A stretch of DNA of 64,000 nt from NCBI GenBank assembly GCA_963841735.1, contig CAWJDT010000001.1:256001-320000 (forward strand), in the 5' to 3' direction. The position numbers and the translations under genes were made by a program. The DNA is from an uncultured Actinomycetes bacterium (GTDB lineage Bacteria > Actinomycetota > Thermoleophilia > RBG-16-64-13). The notes beneath the pieces are model-generated. The model had not been told where the DNA came from. It was given only the letters and a program-made list of their open reading frames with translations, and made no database searches. Positions 20,101 to 31,690 of the stretch are shown here, piece after piece; position 1 is the first letter of the stretch; each line of letters begins with the position of its first letter.

Positions 20101-20862
20101 CAGGCGTCATAGCGGCCGTCAGGATCGCCGGAGCCGCTCGTCCCGATGATGTTCTTCGTGACCGTGAAGCCGCTGACGCCGGGGTCTACGTTTGTGCCGA
20201 TGGCGATCCCGGTCTTCACCCCGAGCTGTTCTATAGCCGCTCTGGCAGCGGGCGCGAAGGGGCCGGCTGCAGGCGTCAGAATGATGGGCCAGCCCTTGGC
20301 CGCCGCCAGCGAGGCGGCGGCGAGAGCACCGGCGTAGCTGTCGCCAGGAGCTATCACCACTCCCGACACGCTGCCCAGCCTGATCTTGATCTCGCGGGCG
20401 ACCAGGGCCGCCGTCTGGTATCGATCGGAGCCCGTGACGCTGATCACCTGCACCTTAGGCACGACCACCTGCAGCGCCGTTCGCACCTGGCGCGCCATGT
20501 CGTAGGGGAGGCCGACGATGTAGATCAAGGCCGGCTTGAGCCGCTTGAGTTCCGCCGCCACATCCCCCGTGAGTGTGGGCGAACTGGTGGGCAGCAACGG
20601 ACCCTCGCACACCCCGGCCAGCACGGCCGCGGTGAGCGAGTCGCTGTAGCTGTTGATGTTGCTTAGGACCGCGGCGGGTGCCCCGCTGGGGAACGCCTTG
20701 CTTCGACAAGGAGATTGCGTTAGCTATGTGACTGCCCGTGGATGAGTTGATCGGGCTGGAAAGAGTGGGCCCTGCCAACGCAGGCGCGGATGCCGCCAGA
20801 AACATCACTATAAGCAGGAGCGCCCCCACTATAGGGACGAATACCCTCCCGATACGAAGCAT
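17114..20862 (-). CDS. Large secreted autolysin: 3x cell-wall-binding repeat 2, IPT/TIG, NlpC/P60, 3 beta-sandwich repeats, Amidase_3 (split by many indels)
   Basis: Signal peptide; GSDRYQTA...ALAAASLA...PIILT; SPRITGLS..GPVAGG; GVPYLWAG..FDCSG..HVGIY; 3x LVY.GTW..VTV.FTGTS..DLYS; VVVIDPGHQ..VHAD..IIPEIGFMTN. Confidence 0.75.
17770..19200. repeat. Three DNA-level repeats encoding the beta-sandwich modules, separated by Thr-rich linkers
   Basis: CTCTGCCA(C/G)ACCTTCTG(T/C)TGCCAGAC..CC.TGGCGCTGTAGAG at ~17880, ~18380 and ~18930. Confidence 0.85.
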
Positions 20863-21030
20863 GTCGTTCCTCCAGCATCGACCCGGCTGCGTCCCCTACG
20901 CTGGAATAGAACAACCAGCGAGCCCCCTCGGGGGAGGATCCGGTCCCGACTAAATCGCCGCCTGTGCCGCGAACCCTAGGGACCTACGCACCGGTGTTTT
21001 TTGCCGTGCGAGGATGGTATCGGCACAAAC
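20863..21030 (-). promoter_or_regulatory. Structured 5' leader candidate (riboswitch-like) of the autolysin gene
   Basis: Several nested and mutually exclusive stems (see findings). No Rfam family recognised by eye. Confidence 0.4.
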
Positions 21031-21117
21031 TCCACATACCCTGATACAGGTTGCGCGAGTGGAAGGCAGCCGCTGGGGTGGCAGTAGCGATCATTCGCCG
21101 CTGCCGAGTTCTTCCTA

Positions 21118-22629
21118 CTAGCGCGCTCCCAGCCCCAGCTTTGCGCGCACGGCCGTGGCCGCCCGAGCCACGGCCGCCGGAACCACGTCGCCTTCGGACA
21201 CGGTGGCGCCGTCCACCATGGTCATAGCCACGTCGGCGGCGGAGGCGGCCGCGACTAGCGCCACCACAGGGTCCGCGCGGGATGCGCTCCTGCCCAGGCC
21301 GGCCGCGGACGGGACAGAGATCCGCGCCTCCCCGTCAAGCCCGGACGGCTCTCCCGCGGGGAGCCGCACGGCGATAACGTCGGCCCGTTTGCCCCCTTCC
21401 AGGCTGCCGATCAGATGATCCCATCCCAGAGCGCGCGCCCCGTCAAGCGTAGCCATGCGGAGGACCGCGGCCGAGGTCAGCGGCGCGGCGCTCGGAGCAG
21501 GCGCCGGCTGTGGCCGGCGCGCCGCGAAGCGCGCGCTCGCGGCTCAGCGCTAGGGCCGCCCGCATCTCCGCGAACATGTCCAGGTCGTCGTTGGAGCAGA
21601 GACCGTCGGTGCCCAGTCCCACTGTGACCCCTGCGGCGGCCAACTCGGCCACCGGAGCGATGCCGCACTCCAAGCGCAGATTGGAGCGCGGGCAGTGAGC
21701 CACCGCCGCCCCGCTCGCGGCCAACGTGGCGATATCGGCATCGTCGATCTGCACCGCGTGCACCACCAGCATGTTCCAGCCCAGCGCCCCCGTGCCAGCA
21801 ACGTAGCTCACCGGGCTCTTTCCCGGTGGTCGCCACCGCTGCCCGCTCCAGAGGTTGGCCGCCTTGTACGCAAGCGCGATGGCACCCGTGCCGCGCAACA
21901 GCAGTTCCACCTCCGCCTGCGACTCGCCACATGAGCCGCCAGCCGGAGGCCGCGGCGGCGGGCAAGACGAGCCGTCTCGCGATACAGACGGGCGGATACA
22001 GTGTAGGGAGCGTGCGGAGAGATGCCCCACTCTACCGCGGGCCCGGTCGCGGCCGAGTTGGCGGCCGCTTCGCCACCCCGGGCGCCGCTACCAGCGACGT
22101 CGCGAGAGCCGCCGACGCCCTCGCCGCATAGTCGGTCGAGCCTCTCCTCCAGCCGCCGCATGGTCGCGGGCAAAGCCGGAATCGTCCAGACCAAAGACCT
22201 CCCAGGTAGACGCGGGCGCGCAGCCCCGCCGCGCGGGCTGCGCCCGCCACGGTCACGCCATCAGGCGTAGTGTCGGCGATGGCGGTGACGCCGCTCCGCA
22301 CGCACTCGTGGGCCCCCCACAAGGCCGAAGCCGCGTAGTCCTCGGGGTCGAGCTTGCGCCTGGCCATGAGCAGGCGCAGCATCCACTCTCCGAACCCGCA
22401 CTCAGGCGCGAACCCGCGGAAGGCCGAGTACTCAAGGTGAGTGTGGGTGTTTACGAGCCCAGGCAACAACGCACAGCCGGGAAACGCCCGGACCTCTTCG
22501 CCGGGATGCCGGCGCTTCATCTCCGCCGCCGCGCCCACCTCGACGATCAGCCCCGTCCGCGATCAGAACCCCTCCGTCCGGGATGGGCGGGCTGCTGACC
22601 GGGATGATCCAATCGCCGCAAAGGAGCAC
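21118..22629 (-). CDS. Amidohydrolase (MTA/SAH- or aminofutalosine-deaminase-like), several indels
   Basis: [54 protein letters not shown] across frames. Confidence 0.8.
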
Positions 22630-22687
22630 CGTTCCGCCTCCTATCGCCGGACGGCGCCGATTCGCCCCGGCGTGTCCACCCGGCGAC

Positions 22688-24184
22688 TCAGCCGAACAGC
22701 GAGTCGAAGGCCCGGGTCACCGCGTCCCAGAGCGACGATGGCACAAGGCCGATGGCCAAGGTCGCGGCGGCACACACCGCGAGCGCCGCGGCCATCCCTC
22801 CCGAGATAGGCGCCTTGAGCACGAGCTCTTCTTCGGGCTCTTTGAAGAACATGTAGACGATCACCCGCAGGTAGTAGTAGACCGAGACCGCGCTGAGCAG
22901 CACGCCGATCACCACCAGCCACCACAATCCCGCCCACACCACGCCGCTGAACACATAGAACTTACCTATGAAGCCGGCCGTTCCCGGGATACCGGTTAGC
23001 GAAAGCAGGAACAGCGACAGCAGCACCGCCGCCCAGGGGGAGCGCCTGCCCAATCCGGCGAAGTGCTTGAGTGAGTAGTCGAACTTCTCGGGCGATTGCG
23101 CCTTCAGATAGGCTAGTATCCCGAACGCACCCAGATTCATGAAGGTGTAGGCCACCAGGTATATCAACACTCCCTGGCCAGGATAGGAGTTGCCGCTCCA
23201 GCCCATGGCCCCCACGCCAGTGAGCAGGTAGCCGGCATGGGCGATGGACGAATAGGCCAGCATCCTCTTCACGTTGGTCTGCACCAGCGCATACAGGTTG
23301 CCTGCCAGCATGGTTGCGATGGCCAGCACCACGAACAAGCACGCCCCACCTCCCGATCTGCCCGGGGAACGCCACCACGAAGGCCGACATGATGACCGCG
23401 AAAGCCGCCGCCTTGGGTCCCACCGAGAAGAACGCGGCAACCGGAGTAGGCGCGCCTTGGTAGACATCGGGGGTCCACATGTGGAAGGGAGCGGCCGACA
23501 CTTTGAAGGCAAGGCCGACGGCAAACAGGAAGACGGCCAGGGTCACTCCCACTCCGCTCCGCCCGATACCGGCCCCGTCGATGCCGGCCAGCGCCTGCCC
23601 CGCGGTCCAGTAGTTGGTGCTGCCCGATAGGCCATACACCAGCGAGATGCCGTACAGCATGATGGCCGATGCGAACGACCCCGTCAGGAAGTACTTGAGC
23701 GACGACTCGTTGGCGCGCACCCGGTTGCGGAAGAAGCCGGCCAGCACAGTAGCTGCTGACGGCCATGAGCTCGAGCGCCACCCAGAAGAGGATGAAGTCG
23801 CGGGCCGCCGCCATCAGGTCCATACCGATGACCGCGAACAAGAGGAGGGCGTAGTACTCACCCATATGACGCCGGTGCGCCTCCAGGTATCCCGAGGACA
23901 TGAGAACCGTCAGCGCCGCTCCGATTGCGAACAGCGCCTTGAAGAACACCGCCCAGTCGTTCAGCACCAGCATGCCGCTGAAGGCCTCCTGGTGCCTCCC
24001 CGTCAGAGCCAGCGACGCCACCAACGACCCAAGGAGGCCGACGAGTGCCAGACGCCAAGACCGCGGTCCGGTCGGACCTGCCCGGTGGGTCGTTCTTGAG
24101 AAACGGCTCCACCAGCAAGATGAGGCAGGCCGCCACCAGCAGGATGAGTTCAGGAAGCAGAGTGATCAGATCAGCGGCTTTCAT
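22688..24184 (-). CDS. nuoN: Complex I subunit N (frameshifted)
   Basis: ESSLKYFL.GS, FKVSAAPFHMWTPDVYQGAPTP, KRMLAYSSIAHAGY in successive frames. Confidence 0.9.
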
Positions 24185-25743
24185 CTAGAACCCCCGAACA
24201 GGGAGCCCACCAAGTGGGCGAGACCGCCGTGCTCAGCCAGATAGGGTTGCACCTGGTGGATGATGTTCTGGGCCGGAGCGTGCAGCACATTGAGGAAGGT
24301 GTGCGGATAAACGCCGATCCAGATGGCCAGGCCCACCAATGGCACCAGGGTGATGATCTCCCGGGCGCTAAGGTCTTTGAGCGAGGCCCATTTCTCGTTG
24401 GCCTGCTGGAACATGGTGCGCTGGTACATCCACAACAGATATGCCGCGCTGAGCACGATCCCTATGGAGATGATCGCCGCGAAGACCTTCGAGTACTGGA
24501 ACACGCCCACCAGGATCAGGAACTCGCCCACAAACCCGCTCAGCCCCGGCAGACCAAGGCTGCCCAACACGAACAGACTGAAGAAGGCGGCTGCCACAGG
24601 CATGGGCTTGGCCATGCCGCCGTAGTCGCTGATTAGGCGGGTGTGAGTGCGATCGTAGAAGAAGCCCACCATCATGAACAGGGCGCCGGTGAGCACGCCG
24701 TGGCTGACCATCTGCAGCACCGAGCCCTCGATGCCCTGCTGGTTGAAAGTAAACAACCCCGCGGTGACGAACCCCATGTGGCTCACAGACGAATAGGCCA
24801 CAAGGCGCTTCATGTCGGGCTGGACGAGCGACATGGCGGCCCCGTAGACCACGGCGATGGCCGACAGGATAAGCACCGGCACCATGGCCTTCACCGCCAC
24901 CGCGGGGAAGAACCCTATGCAGAAGCGGATCATGCCGTAGACCCCCATCTTCAGCAGCACGCCGGCCAGGATGACCGAACCGGCGGTGGGCGCCTCGGTG
25001 TGGGCGTCGGGGAGCCAGGTGTGCACCGGGAACATCGGCACCTTGATGGCGAAGGCGATGAAGAAGGCGATGAACGACCAAGTCGCCAGCGACCCGCTGA
25101 AGCCGGCCTGCTGCAGCGCCAGGATGTCGAAGGTGAGAGGACCTCCCTGCTTGGAGTACGACCATACGATGGCCAGGATGGCCACCAGCATGAGCACCGA
25201 GCCCACGAAGGTGAACAGGAAGAACTTGATGGCCGCGTAGACCCGGCGGGCGCCGCCCCAAAGGCCGATGATGAAGTACATGGGGATGAGTTGGATCTCC
25301 CAGAACACGTAGAACAGGAAGAGATCCATGGAGACGAACACGCCGAGCATCCCGGTCTCGAGCACCAAAAGGCTGATGAAGAAGGCCAGTCCGCGGTCCT
25401 TGATGGAGTTCCACGAGCCCAGGATGGCCACCACCGACAGGACCGTGGTGAGTAGGACCACGAGCAGGGAGATGCCGTCGACGCCCAGGTGGTACGAGAC
25501 GCCCAGGCTGCCGATCCAACTGGAGTTCTCGACGAACTGGTAGTCGGCGGTGCCGCTCTGGAACTGGGTGGCCAGGAACAGAGAGAGGCCGAATGTCGCG
25601 ATGGTGGTGACCAGGGCGGTGGTCCTGTAGGCATTGGGACGACCGCGCATGAACACGAGCATGACCAGAGCTCCCGCCAGAGGCAGGAAGGTCAGGAGCG
25701 AGAGCCCCCGGAAGCCTATCTGTGTCGCAAAGTCAAAGCCCAC
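24181..25743 (-). CDS. nuoM: Complex I subunit M
   Basis: LGVDGIS, FYVFWE, KVPMFPVHTWLPDAHTEAP, KRLVAYSSVSHMG. Confidence 0.96.
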   Translation of the reverse strand: MGFDFATQIGFRGLSLLTFLPLAGALVMLVFMRGRPNAYRTTALVTTIATFGLSLFLATQFQSGTADYQFVENSSWIGSLGVSYHLGVDGISLLVVLLTTVLSVVAILGSWNSIKDRGLAFFISLLVLETGMLGVFVSMDLFLFYVFWEIQLIPMYFIIGLWGGARRVYAAIKFFLFTFVGSVLMLVAILAIVWSYSKQGGPLTFDILALQQAGFSGSLATWSFIAFFIAFAIKVPMFPVHTWLPDAHTEAPTAGSVILAGVLLKMGVYGMIRFCIGFFPAVAVKAMVPVLILSAIAVVYGAAMSLVQPDMKRLVAYSSVSHMGFVTAGLFTFNQQGIEGSVLQMVSHGVLTGALFMMVGFFYDRTHTRLISDYGGMAKPMPVAAAFFSLFVLGSLGLPGLSGFVGEFLILVGVFQYSKVFAAIISIGIVLSAAYLLWMYQRTMFQQANEKWASLKDLSAREIITLVPLVGLAIWIGVYPHTFLNVLHAPAQNIIHQVQPYLAEHGGLAHLVGSLFGGSR

Positions 25744-25770
25744 AAACTCACCCGATCTCCGTCGTCGCCC

Positions 25771-27671
25771 CTATGCGAACACGATCACAGTCACGATCAC
25801 GAAGACCCCGATGAACATGCCCAGCAGGTAGTTCTGCACCTTGCCGGTCTGCAGCGGCCGCACGGCCAGGCCGGCGTGCTGCCACAGCCAGGCGGTGCCG
25901 TGCACGGCGCCGTCGATGACCTTCTCGTCGAAGTTGCGCCACACCCAGCGCGAGCCGTCCACCGTCAGCCGCACCACGGTGGCGGCATAGAACTCGTCCA
26001 CGTAGAACTTGTTGTAGACCACCTTGTAGACCGGCCGCAGCTTGGCACCCACCAGCGCGGGCAGGTCGACGCGGCGAATGTACATCAGCCAGGCCAGCGC
26101 GATGCCGAGCATGGCCACTACCAGCGACGCCACCATGAGGGCGTAGTCGATGGCCTTCAGCCCGTGCTCCTCCACTCCCAGGATGTGATTGGCGGGGGCG
26201 AACACCGGCTCCAGGAACTTCTGGATGAGCCCCAGCTTGCCCGGAAGGCCCAGGAAGCCACCCAACAACGAGGCCACCGCCAACACGATCAGCGGCACGA
26301 TCATCGACCAGGGGCTCTCGTGCACGTGCTTCTCGGTCTCCTCGTCCATGCGCGACTTCCCGAAGAAGGTCAGGAAGATCATGCGGAAGGTGTAGAAGGC
26401 GGTGATGAAGGCCGCCAGCAAGGCCCACCGCCCAGAGTAGGTACTTGCCGTCGCGCCACACCGCGCCCAGGATGTCATCCTTGGACCAGAAGCCCGCGAA
26501 CGGGAAGATGCCCGAAAGGGCCAAGGCGCCGGCCACCAGGGTGTAGTAGGTGGCGGGGATGCGCTTGCGCAGGCCGCCCATCTTGTCCATGTCCTGCTCG
26601 CCCCGTAGCGAGTGGATAACAGCGCCTGCGCCCAGGAACAAAAGGGCCTTGAAGAAGGCGTGGGTAACGAGGTGGAAGATGGCTATCGACCAAGCCCCCA
26701 CGCCCAGGGCCATGAACATATAGCCAAGTTGCGAGATGGTGGAGTAGGCCAGCACCTTCTTGATGTCCTTTTGACAGATGCCGATGATGGCGGCGAAGAT
26801 GGCGGTGAAGGTCCCTACGGCCCCCACTACCAGCATCGCCGTGGGCGCGCTGGCGAAGATCACCGCGCTCCGAGCCACCAGATAGACACCGGCGGTGACC
26901 ATGGTGGCGGCATGGATGAGGGCCGAGACCGGGGTGGGACCTTCCATGGCGTCGGGGAGCCAGGTATGCAGCGGGAACTGGGCCGACTTACCCATGGCCC
27001 CCATAAAGAGCAGCAGGGCAATGGCGATGAGCGTGCCCCCGCCGAACCCTCCCGCGCCCACCTGCTCGAACACCCCCACGTAGTCCAAAGTGCCGAAGGT
27101 GACGAAGATGAGCATCACGCCCAGGCCGAAGCCGAAGTCGCCCACCCGGTTGACGATAAACGCCTTCTTGCCGGCAGCGGCCGCCGCCGGCTTGTGGTAG
27201 AAGAAGCCGATGAGGTAGTAGGAGCAGAGCCCCACCGCTTCCCAGCCGAAGTACAGTAGAAGGTAGTTGCCGGCCAGCACCAGCGTCAGCATGCTGAAAG
27301 CAAAAAGGCTCAGGTAGGCGAAGAACCGGTAGTAGCCGGGATCGCCGCGCATGTATCCCCGCGAGTAGACGAAAATCAAGAAGCCTACTCCGGTGACCAC
27401 CAGCAGCATGACGGCCGACAACTGGTCCAGCTGGAACGCGACGGGTACTTTGAAGCTGCCAACTGCGAACCACTTCCACAGCTCGACCACCACAGGCTCC
27501 TCGGCCCCCTGAATCTGGATGAAGGCGGCGACGGAAAGCCCAAACGAGCCCGGCCATGGCCAGGATGGGCAGAACGTGCGCCGACTCCTTGATCCACCAG
27601 CGGCCGAAGATCAGGGTGACAACAAAGGCCACCAGCGGCAGGGTCGGTATGAGCCAGATGTAGTTGGCCAC
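25771..27671 (-). CDS. nuoL: Complex I subunit L (frameshifted)
   Basis: GWEAVGLCSY, NRVGDFG, KSAQFPLHTWLPDAMEGPTPVSALIHAATMV, LQTGKVQNY. Confidence 0.93.
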
Positions 27672-27681
27672 CGCTGCCGAC

Positions 27682-28008
27682 CTACCCTTTCATCCTGTCG
27701 AAGAGGTCGACCATGAGTGTCTGCCTGTTGCGGAACAGGGTGGTGGCGATAGCCAGGCCCACGGCCGCCTCAGCCGCGGCGATAGCCATGACGAAAAGCA
27801 CGAAGTGCTGCCCCGCCAGGTTCTCGTGGAAGCGGGCGAAGCCCACCAGGTTGATATTGACGGCGTTCAGCATCAGTTCGATGGAGAACAGGATGATGAA
27901 CAGGTTGCGCCGCATCAGCACCCCGGCTACGCCGATGATGAAGAGCGTCGCCGACAGGTAGAGATACCAGTCGACGGGGATAGGCATGTCGGCGGGAGTC
28001 GCTCCCAT
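27682..28008 (-). CDS. nuoK: Complex I subunit K
   Basis: SIELMLNAVNIN, AAAEAAVGLAI. Confidence 0.95.
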   Translation of the reverse strand: MGATPADMPIPVDWYLYLSATLFIIGVAGVLMRRNLFIILFSIELMLNAVNINLVGFARFHENLAGQHFVLFVMAIAAAEAAVGLAIATTLFRNRQTLMVDLFDRMKG

Positions 28009-28026
28009 CGCGGCTACACCTCCTCC

Positions 28027-28602
28027 TCAGCGGCTTCGGCGGAGGGCTGCTCGCCGGGCCCCCAGGCCCGCGTGGCCCCAGCCGGCCGATTTCTCTTTCT
28101 TGACCAGCACGATCGCGCCCACCATAGCCACCAACAGGACCACCGACGCTACCTCGAAGGGCAGCAGCATGTTGTTGAAGAGAGCCTCGCCGAACACCTT
28201 GGTGCTGCCCCCGGCCTCAGTGATCGCTTCGGGGCCGAACCCGCCTCGTACCGAGGTGAAGGTCACTCCGGCCAGCACCACCACGAACTCCGCCAGCACC
28301 AGCACCGACAGCCCCAGTCCCACCCAGCGTTGCCGGCGATGCGTTTGCTCCTCCTGCTCGAAGGTACGCAGGTTGAGCAGCATGATCACAAAGACGAACA
28401 GCACCATGATGGCGCCCGCGTACACCAGGATCTGCACCACAGCCAGGAAGTAGGCCTGGGTGAGGAAGAAGATGGCGGCCACATTGAGGAAGGTAAACAC
28501 CAGCAACAGCAAGGCGTGCACCATGTTCTTGCGGGTGATGACCCCCACGCCGCCGGCGGCGGCCAGGAAAGCGAAGACGAGAAAAAGCACCTTCTCGGTC
28601 AT
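28027..28602 (-). CDS. nuoJ: Complex I subunit J
   Basis: QILVYAGAIMVLFVFVIMLL, PFEVASVVLLVAMVGA. ATG 28602 overlaps the nuoI stop. Confidence 0.93.
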   Translation of the reverse strand: MTEKVLFLVFAFLAAAGGVGVITRKNMVHALLLLVFTFLNVAAIFFLTQAYFLAVVQILVYAGAIMVLFVFVIMLLNLRTFEQEEQTHRRQRWVGLGLSVLVLAEFVVVLAGVTFTSVRGGFGPEAITEAGGSTKVFGEALFNNMLLPFEVASVVLLVAMVGAIVLVKKEKSAGWGHAGLGARRAALRRSR

Positions 28603-29165
28603 GACCGACCGTCCTTCGTGCCGGCGCGCGCCGCCCCGGTGTCCGCGGGCAGCGCGCCGCTCGCAGGCGCCTCGGCGCCGACCGACATCGCCCCGTCCAC
28701 CGGCAGCGCGAACAGCTCCTTTTGTGCGTACACCTGATTCGCGAGCAACTTCTCCTTGTCGAGGGCGAAGTCGCTCTTGTCGAAGGTGGCGAGCTCGTAG
28801 TGCCGGGTCATGACGATGGCCGCCTCGGGACAGACCTCCTCGCACAAGCCGCAGAAGATGCAGCGCGACAGATCCAGGTCGAAGCTGGCCGGACGGCTGC
28901 GCCCCTCTGGCATCTGCTCGCCCACGATGCTGATGCAGCGCGACGGGCAGATAGTGGCGCAGAGCATGCAGGCCACGCACTTGGTGTCGTTGGTCGCGGG
29001 GTCGGTCAGCAGTGCCTGGACCCCCCTGAAGCGCGGATAGGTCTGCAGCTTCTCCTTGGGGTACTCCACGGTGACCTTGTCCACCACAAAGTAGGTGCCG
29101 GTGACCGACATGCCCCGCAGGATGTCGACGAAGGCGCCCTTCTTGATGACGTCGATCAAGCCCAT
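28599..29165 (-). CDS. nuoI: Complex I subunit I (2x[4Fe-4S])
   Basis: CVACMLCATICP and CIFCGLCEEVCP. Confidence 0.96.
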   Translation of the reverse strand: MGLIDVIKKGAFVDILRGMSVTGTYFVVDKVTVEYPKEKLQTYPRFRGVQALLTDPATNDTKCVACMLCATICPSRCISIVGEQMPEGRSRPASFDLDLSRCIFCGLCEEVCPEAAIVMTRHYELATFDKSDFALDKEKLLANQVYAQKELFALPVDGAMSVGAEAPASGALPADTGAARAGTKDGRS

Positions 29166-29166
29166 G

Positions 29167-30194
29167 TCAGTCCACCACGCTCACCACGATAGCCGTGACC
29201 ACCAGGTTGGCTAACGACAAAGGCAGCAGCACTTTCCAGCCGATGGACATAAGCTGGTTGTAGCGATAGCGGAAGATGGTCCAGCGCACCCACATGTACA
29301 GGAACATGAAGGCGAAGACCTTGAGAAAGAGCCAAACGGGGCCCGGGATGATGTTCCATGATTCGAACGGAGCGCGCCACCCCCCGAAGTAGAGCGTCGA
29401 GATGATGGCCGATATGACCACCATGTTCACGTACTCGGCAAACATGAACATGCCCCAGCGCATCCCCGAGTACTCGGTCAGATGTCCGGCCACCAGTTCC
29501 TGCTCGGCCTCGGCCAGGTCGAAGGGAGTGCGGTTGAGCTCCGCGATGCTGGCTATGAAGAAGATCAGTCCCGCCCACGATCTGCGGATAGAAGTACCAA
29601 TGCCAGAAGGCGCCTTTTTGAGCGTCGACGACGTCCACCAGGCTCATCGACCCGGCCATGAGTATGACCCCCACCACCGCGAAGCCCATGGCCAACTCGT
29701 AGGAGATCATCTGGGCGCCGGCCCGCAGGCCTCCAAGCAGCGAGAAGTTGTTGTTTGACGACCAACCGGCCAGCACGAACCCGTAGACCGCGATGGCCCC
29801 CATAGCCAGGAACAGCACGATGCCGGAATCGAAGTTGGCGATCACCCAGTCGAAGCGGTGTCCGAACAGGTTGGGCTCGCCCCCCACCGGGCCGAAAGGC
29901 AGCACGGCCATGACCAGGAAGGCAGGGACGAAAGCGATGTAGGGCGCCAAGCCGGAATACCCGCTTGTCCGCCCTGGCCGGGATCAGATCCTCCTTGGAG
30001 AGAAGCTTGAGGATGTCGCCGAACGACTGGAACGAGCCCCAGGGCCCCAGGTAGGTGGGACCCACCCGTCCCTGGAAGAAGCCGGCGAACTTGCGCTCGA
30101 AGAAGATGGCAAAGGCCACGATGAGGATGATCAGCACCGGCATCAAGACGGCCTTGATGAGCAGGAAGATGAGCTGGGCTACGGGATCGCTCAT
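29167..30194 (-). CDS. nuoH: Complex I subunit H (frameshifted)
   Basis: ERK..G..QGRVGP, SLLGGLRAGAQMISYE, NRTPFDLAEAE, TEYSGMRW. Confidence 0.92.
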
Positions 30195-30357
30195 GGCAGC
30201 CTGCCGGGAAACCAAGCCCCGCACCCAGGGTGCGATGGGTATGCGCAAGAGAAGGACGCAGGGAGCGCGAATAGCAGGGCTATTTGCGCGACTGAGGACG
30301 CGCTATGGCGCCGCCCAGTGCAGCCTGAGGGCCGCGGCTTGATTTTCCGGCAGGCGC

Positions 30358-31690
30358 TCAACGGTCACAGTCTCCCAGTACCACGTCGACGCTGGCGAAG
30401 ATGGCCACCATGTCGGCGATCATCTCTCCCTCCACCAAGAGCCGGCACCGCCTGGCCGTGGTAGAAGCTCGGGGTGGCGAAATGCACGCGGGCGGGCTTC
30501 GCGCCGCCCTCCGACCGGATGTACACGCCCATCTCACCTTTGGGCACCTCGATGGCCTGGTAGACCTCGCCCTTGGGCACCTGTGGCCCCTGGAACACCT
30601 GGTAGAAGTCTTGGATCATCGCGGCCGAGTCGCGCAGCACGTTCTTCTTGACCGGCAGAGTGTGGGCCGCGTCTCGGGCGACGAACGGTCCGTCGGGAAG
30701 GTTGTCCAGGCACTGACGGATGATCTTGCACGACTCCCGGATCTCTTTCATGCGGACCAAGAAGCGGTCGTACACATCGGCGTTGTACTCCACCGCCACT
30801 TCGAAGTCCACTTCGTCGTAGGCCGCATAGGGCTCGTCCTTGCGCAGGTCGCGCGCCACCCCGGCCGCGCGCAGCGGTGGTCCGGTGACTCGCCAGGCAA
30901 AGCAGTCCTCGGAGGTGAAGATGCCCACGCCCTTGGCCCGCTTGTAGTAGATGCGGTTGTGCTTGACGATGCGCTCGTACTCGGCCACCCGCTTGGGCAG
31001 GAAGTCGATGACCTTGCGGCAGCGGTGGTCGAAGCCGTCGGGCAGGTCTTTGGCCACCCCGCCGATGCGGGCGAAGGAGTGGGTGAGCCGGGCGCCGGTG
31101 AGCATCTCCAGCAGGTCGAGCACGTACTCGCGGTCGCGGAAGCAGATGCAGAAGAAGGTCTGCGTGCCCAGGTCCATGATGTGGATGCCCAGCCACATGA
31201 TGTGATTGGAGATACGACACAGTTCGTGCGCGATGGTGCGGATGTAGCGGCCGCGGGCGGGCACCTCTACGCCCATGAGCTTCTCGGCCGCTTCGCAGAA
31301 GCCGTGGTTCATGGCGAAGCCGGCGATGTAGTCCAGCCGGTCGGTGAGCGGGATGATCTGGTGGTAGGTGCGCTCTTCGCAGAGCTTCTCCACCCCACGG
31401 TGCAGGTTGCCTATCTCAGGGCGCACCGCCACGATGACCTCGCCGTCCAGATCGAGCTCGGCCCGGTATACCCCGTGCATGGACGGATGCTGAGGGCCCA
31501 TGCTGATAGTCATGACCTCGCCGCCGGGCGCCGAGCGCCTGCGGCTCTTGGCCTTGCGCTGCTTGAGCTCCTCCAGGGTGGGGCGGCCGGCCACGACGCC
31601 GCCGGAGCCCACCGCCGGCGCGGCGCCGTGAACCGCGGCGGCGCCGTGTGCCGACACTGCCGCCTCGTGGGCGTCGTGTGCGGTGCTCAT
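30358..31690 (-). CDS. nuoD: Complex I subunit D (indel near the 3' end; true end ...VDVVLGDCDR*)
   Basis: MGPQHPSMHG, LHRGVEK, DRLDY, EVPKGE. Confidence 0.94.

Noticed and set aside
20863-21060. Canonical c-di-AMP, c-di-GMP or ykkC riboswitch
   Set aside because: Only fragments (GGGACC, GTAGGG, CTAGGGTTC) resemble the consensus. Key conserved segments are not visible, so no family was assigned.
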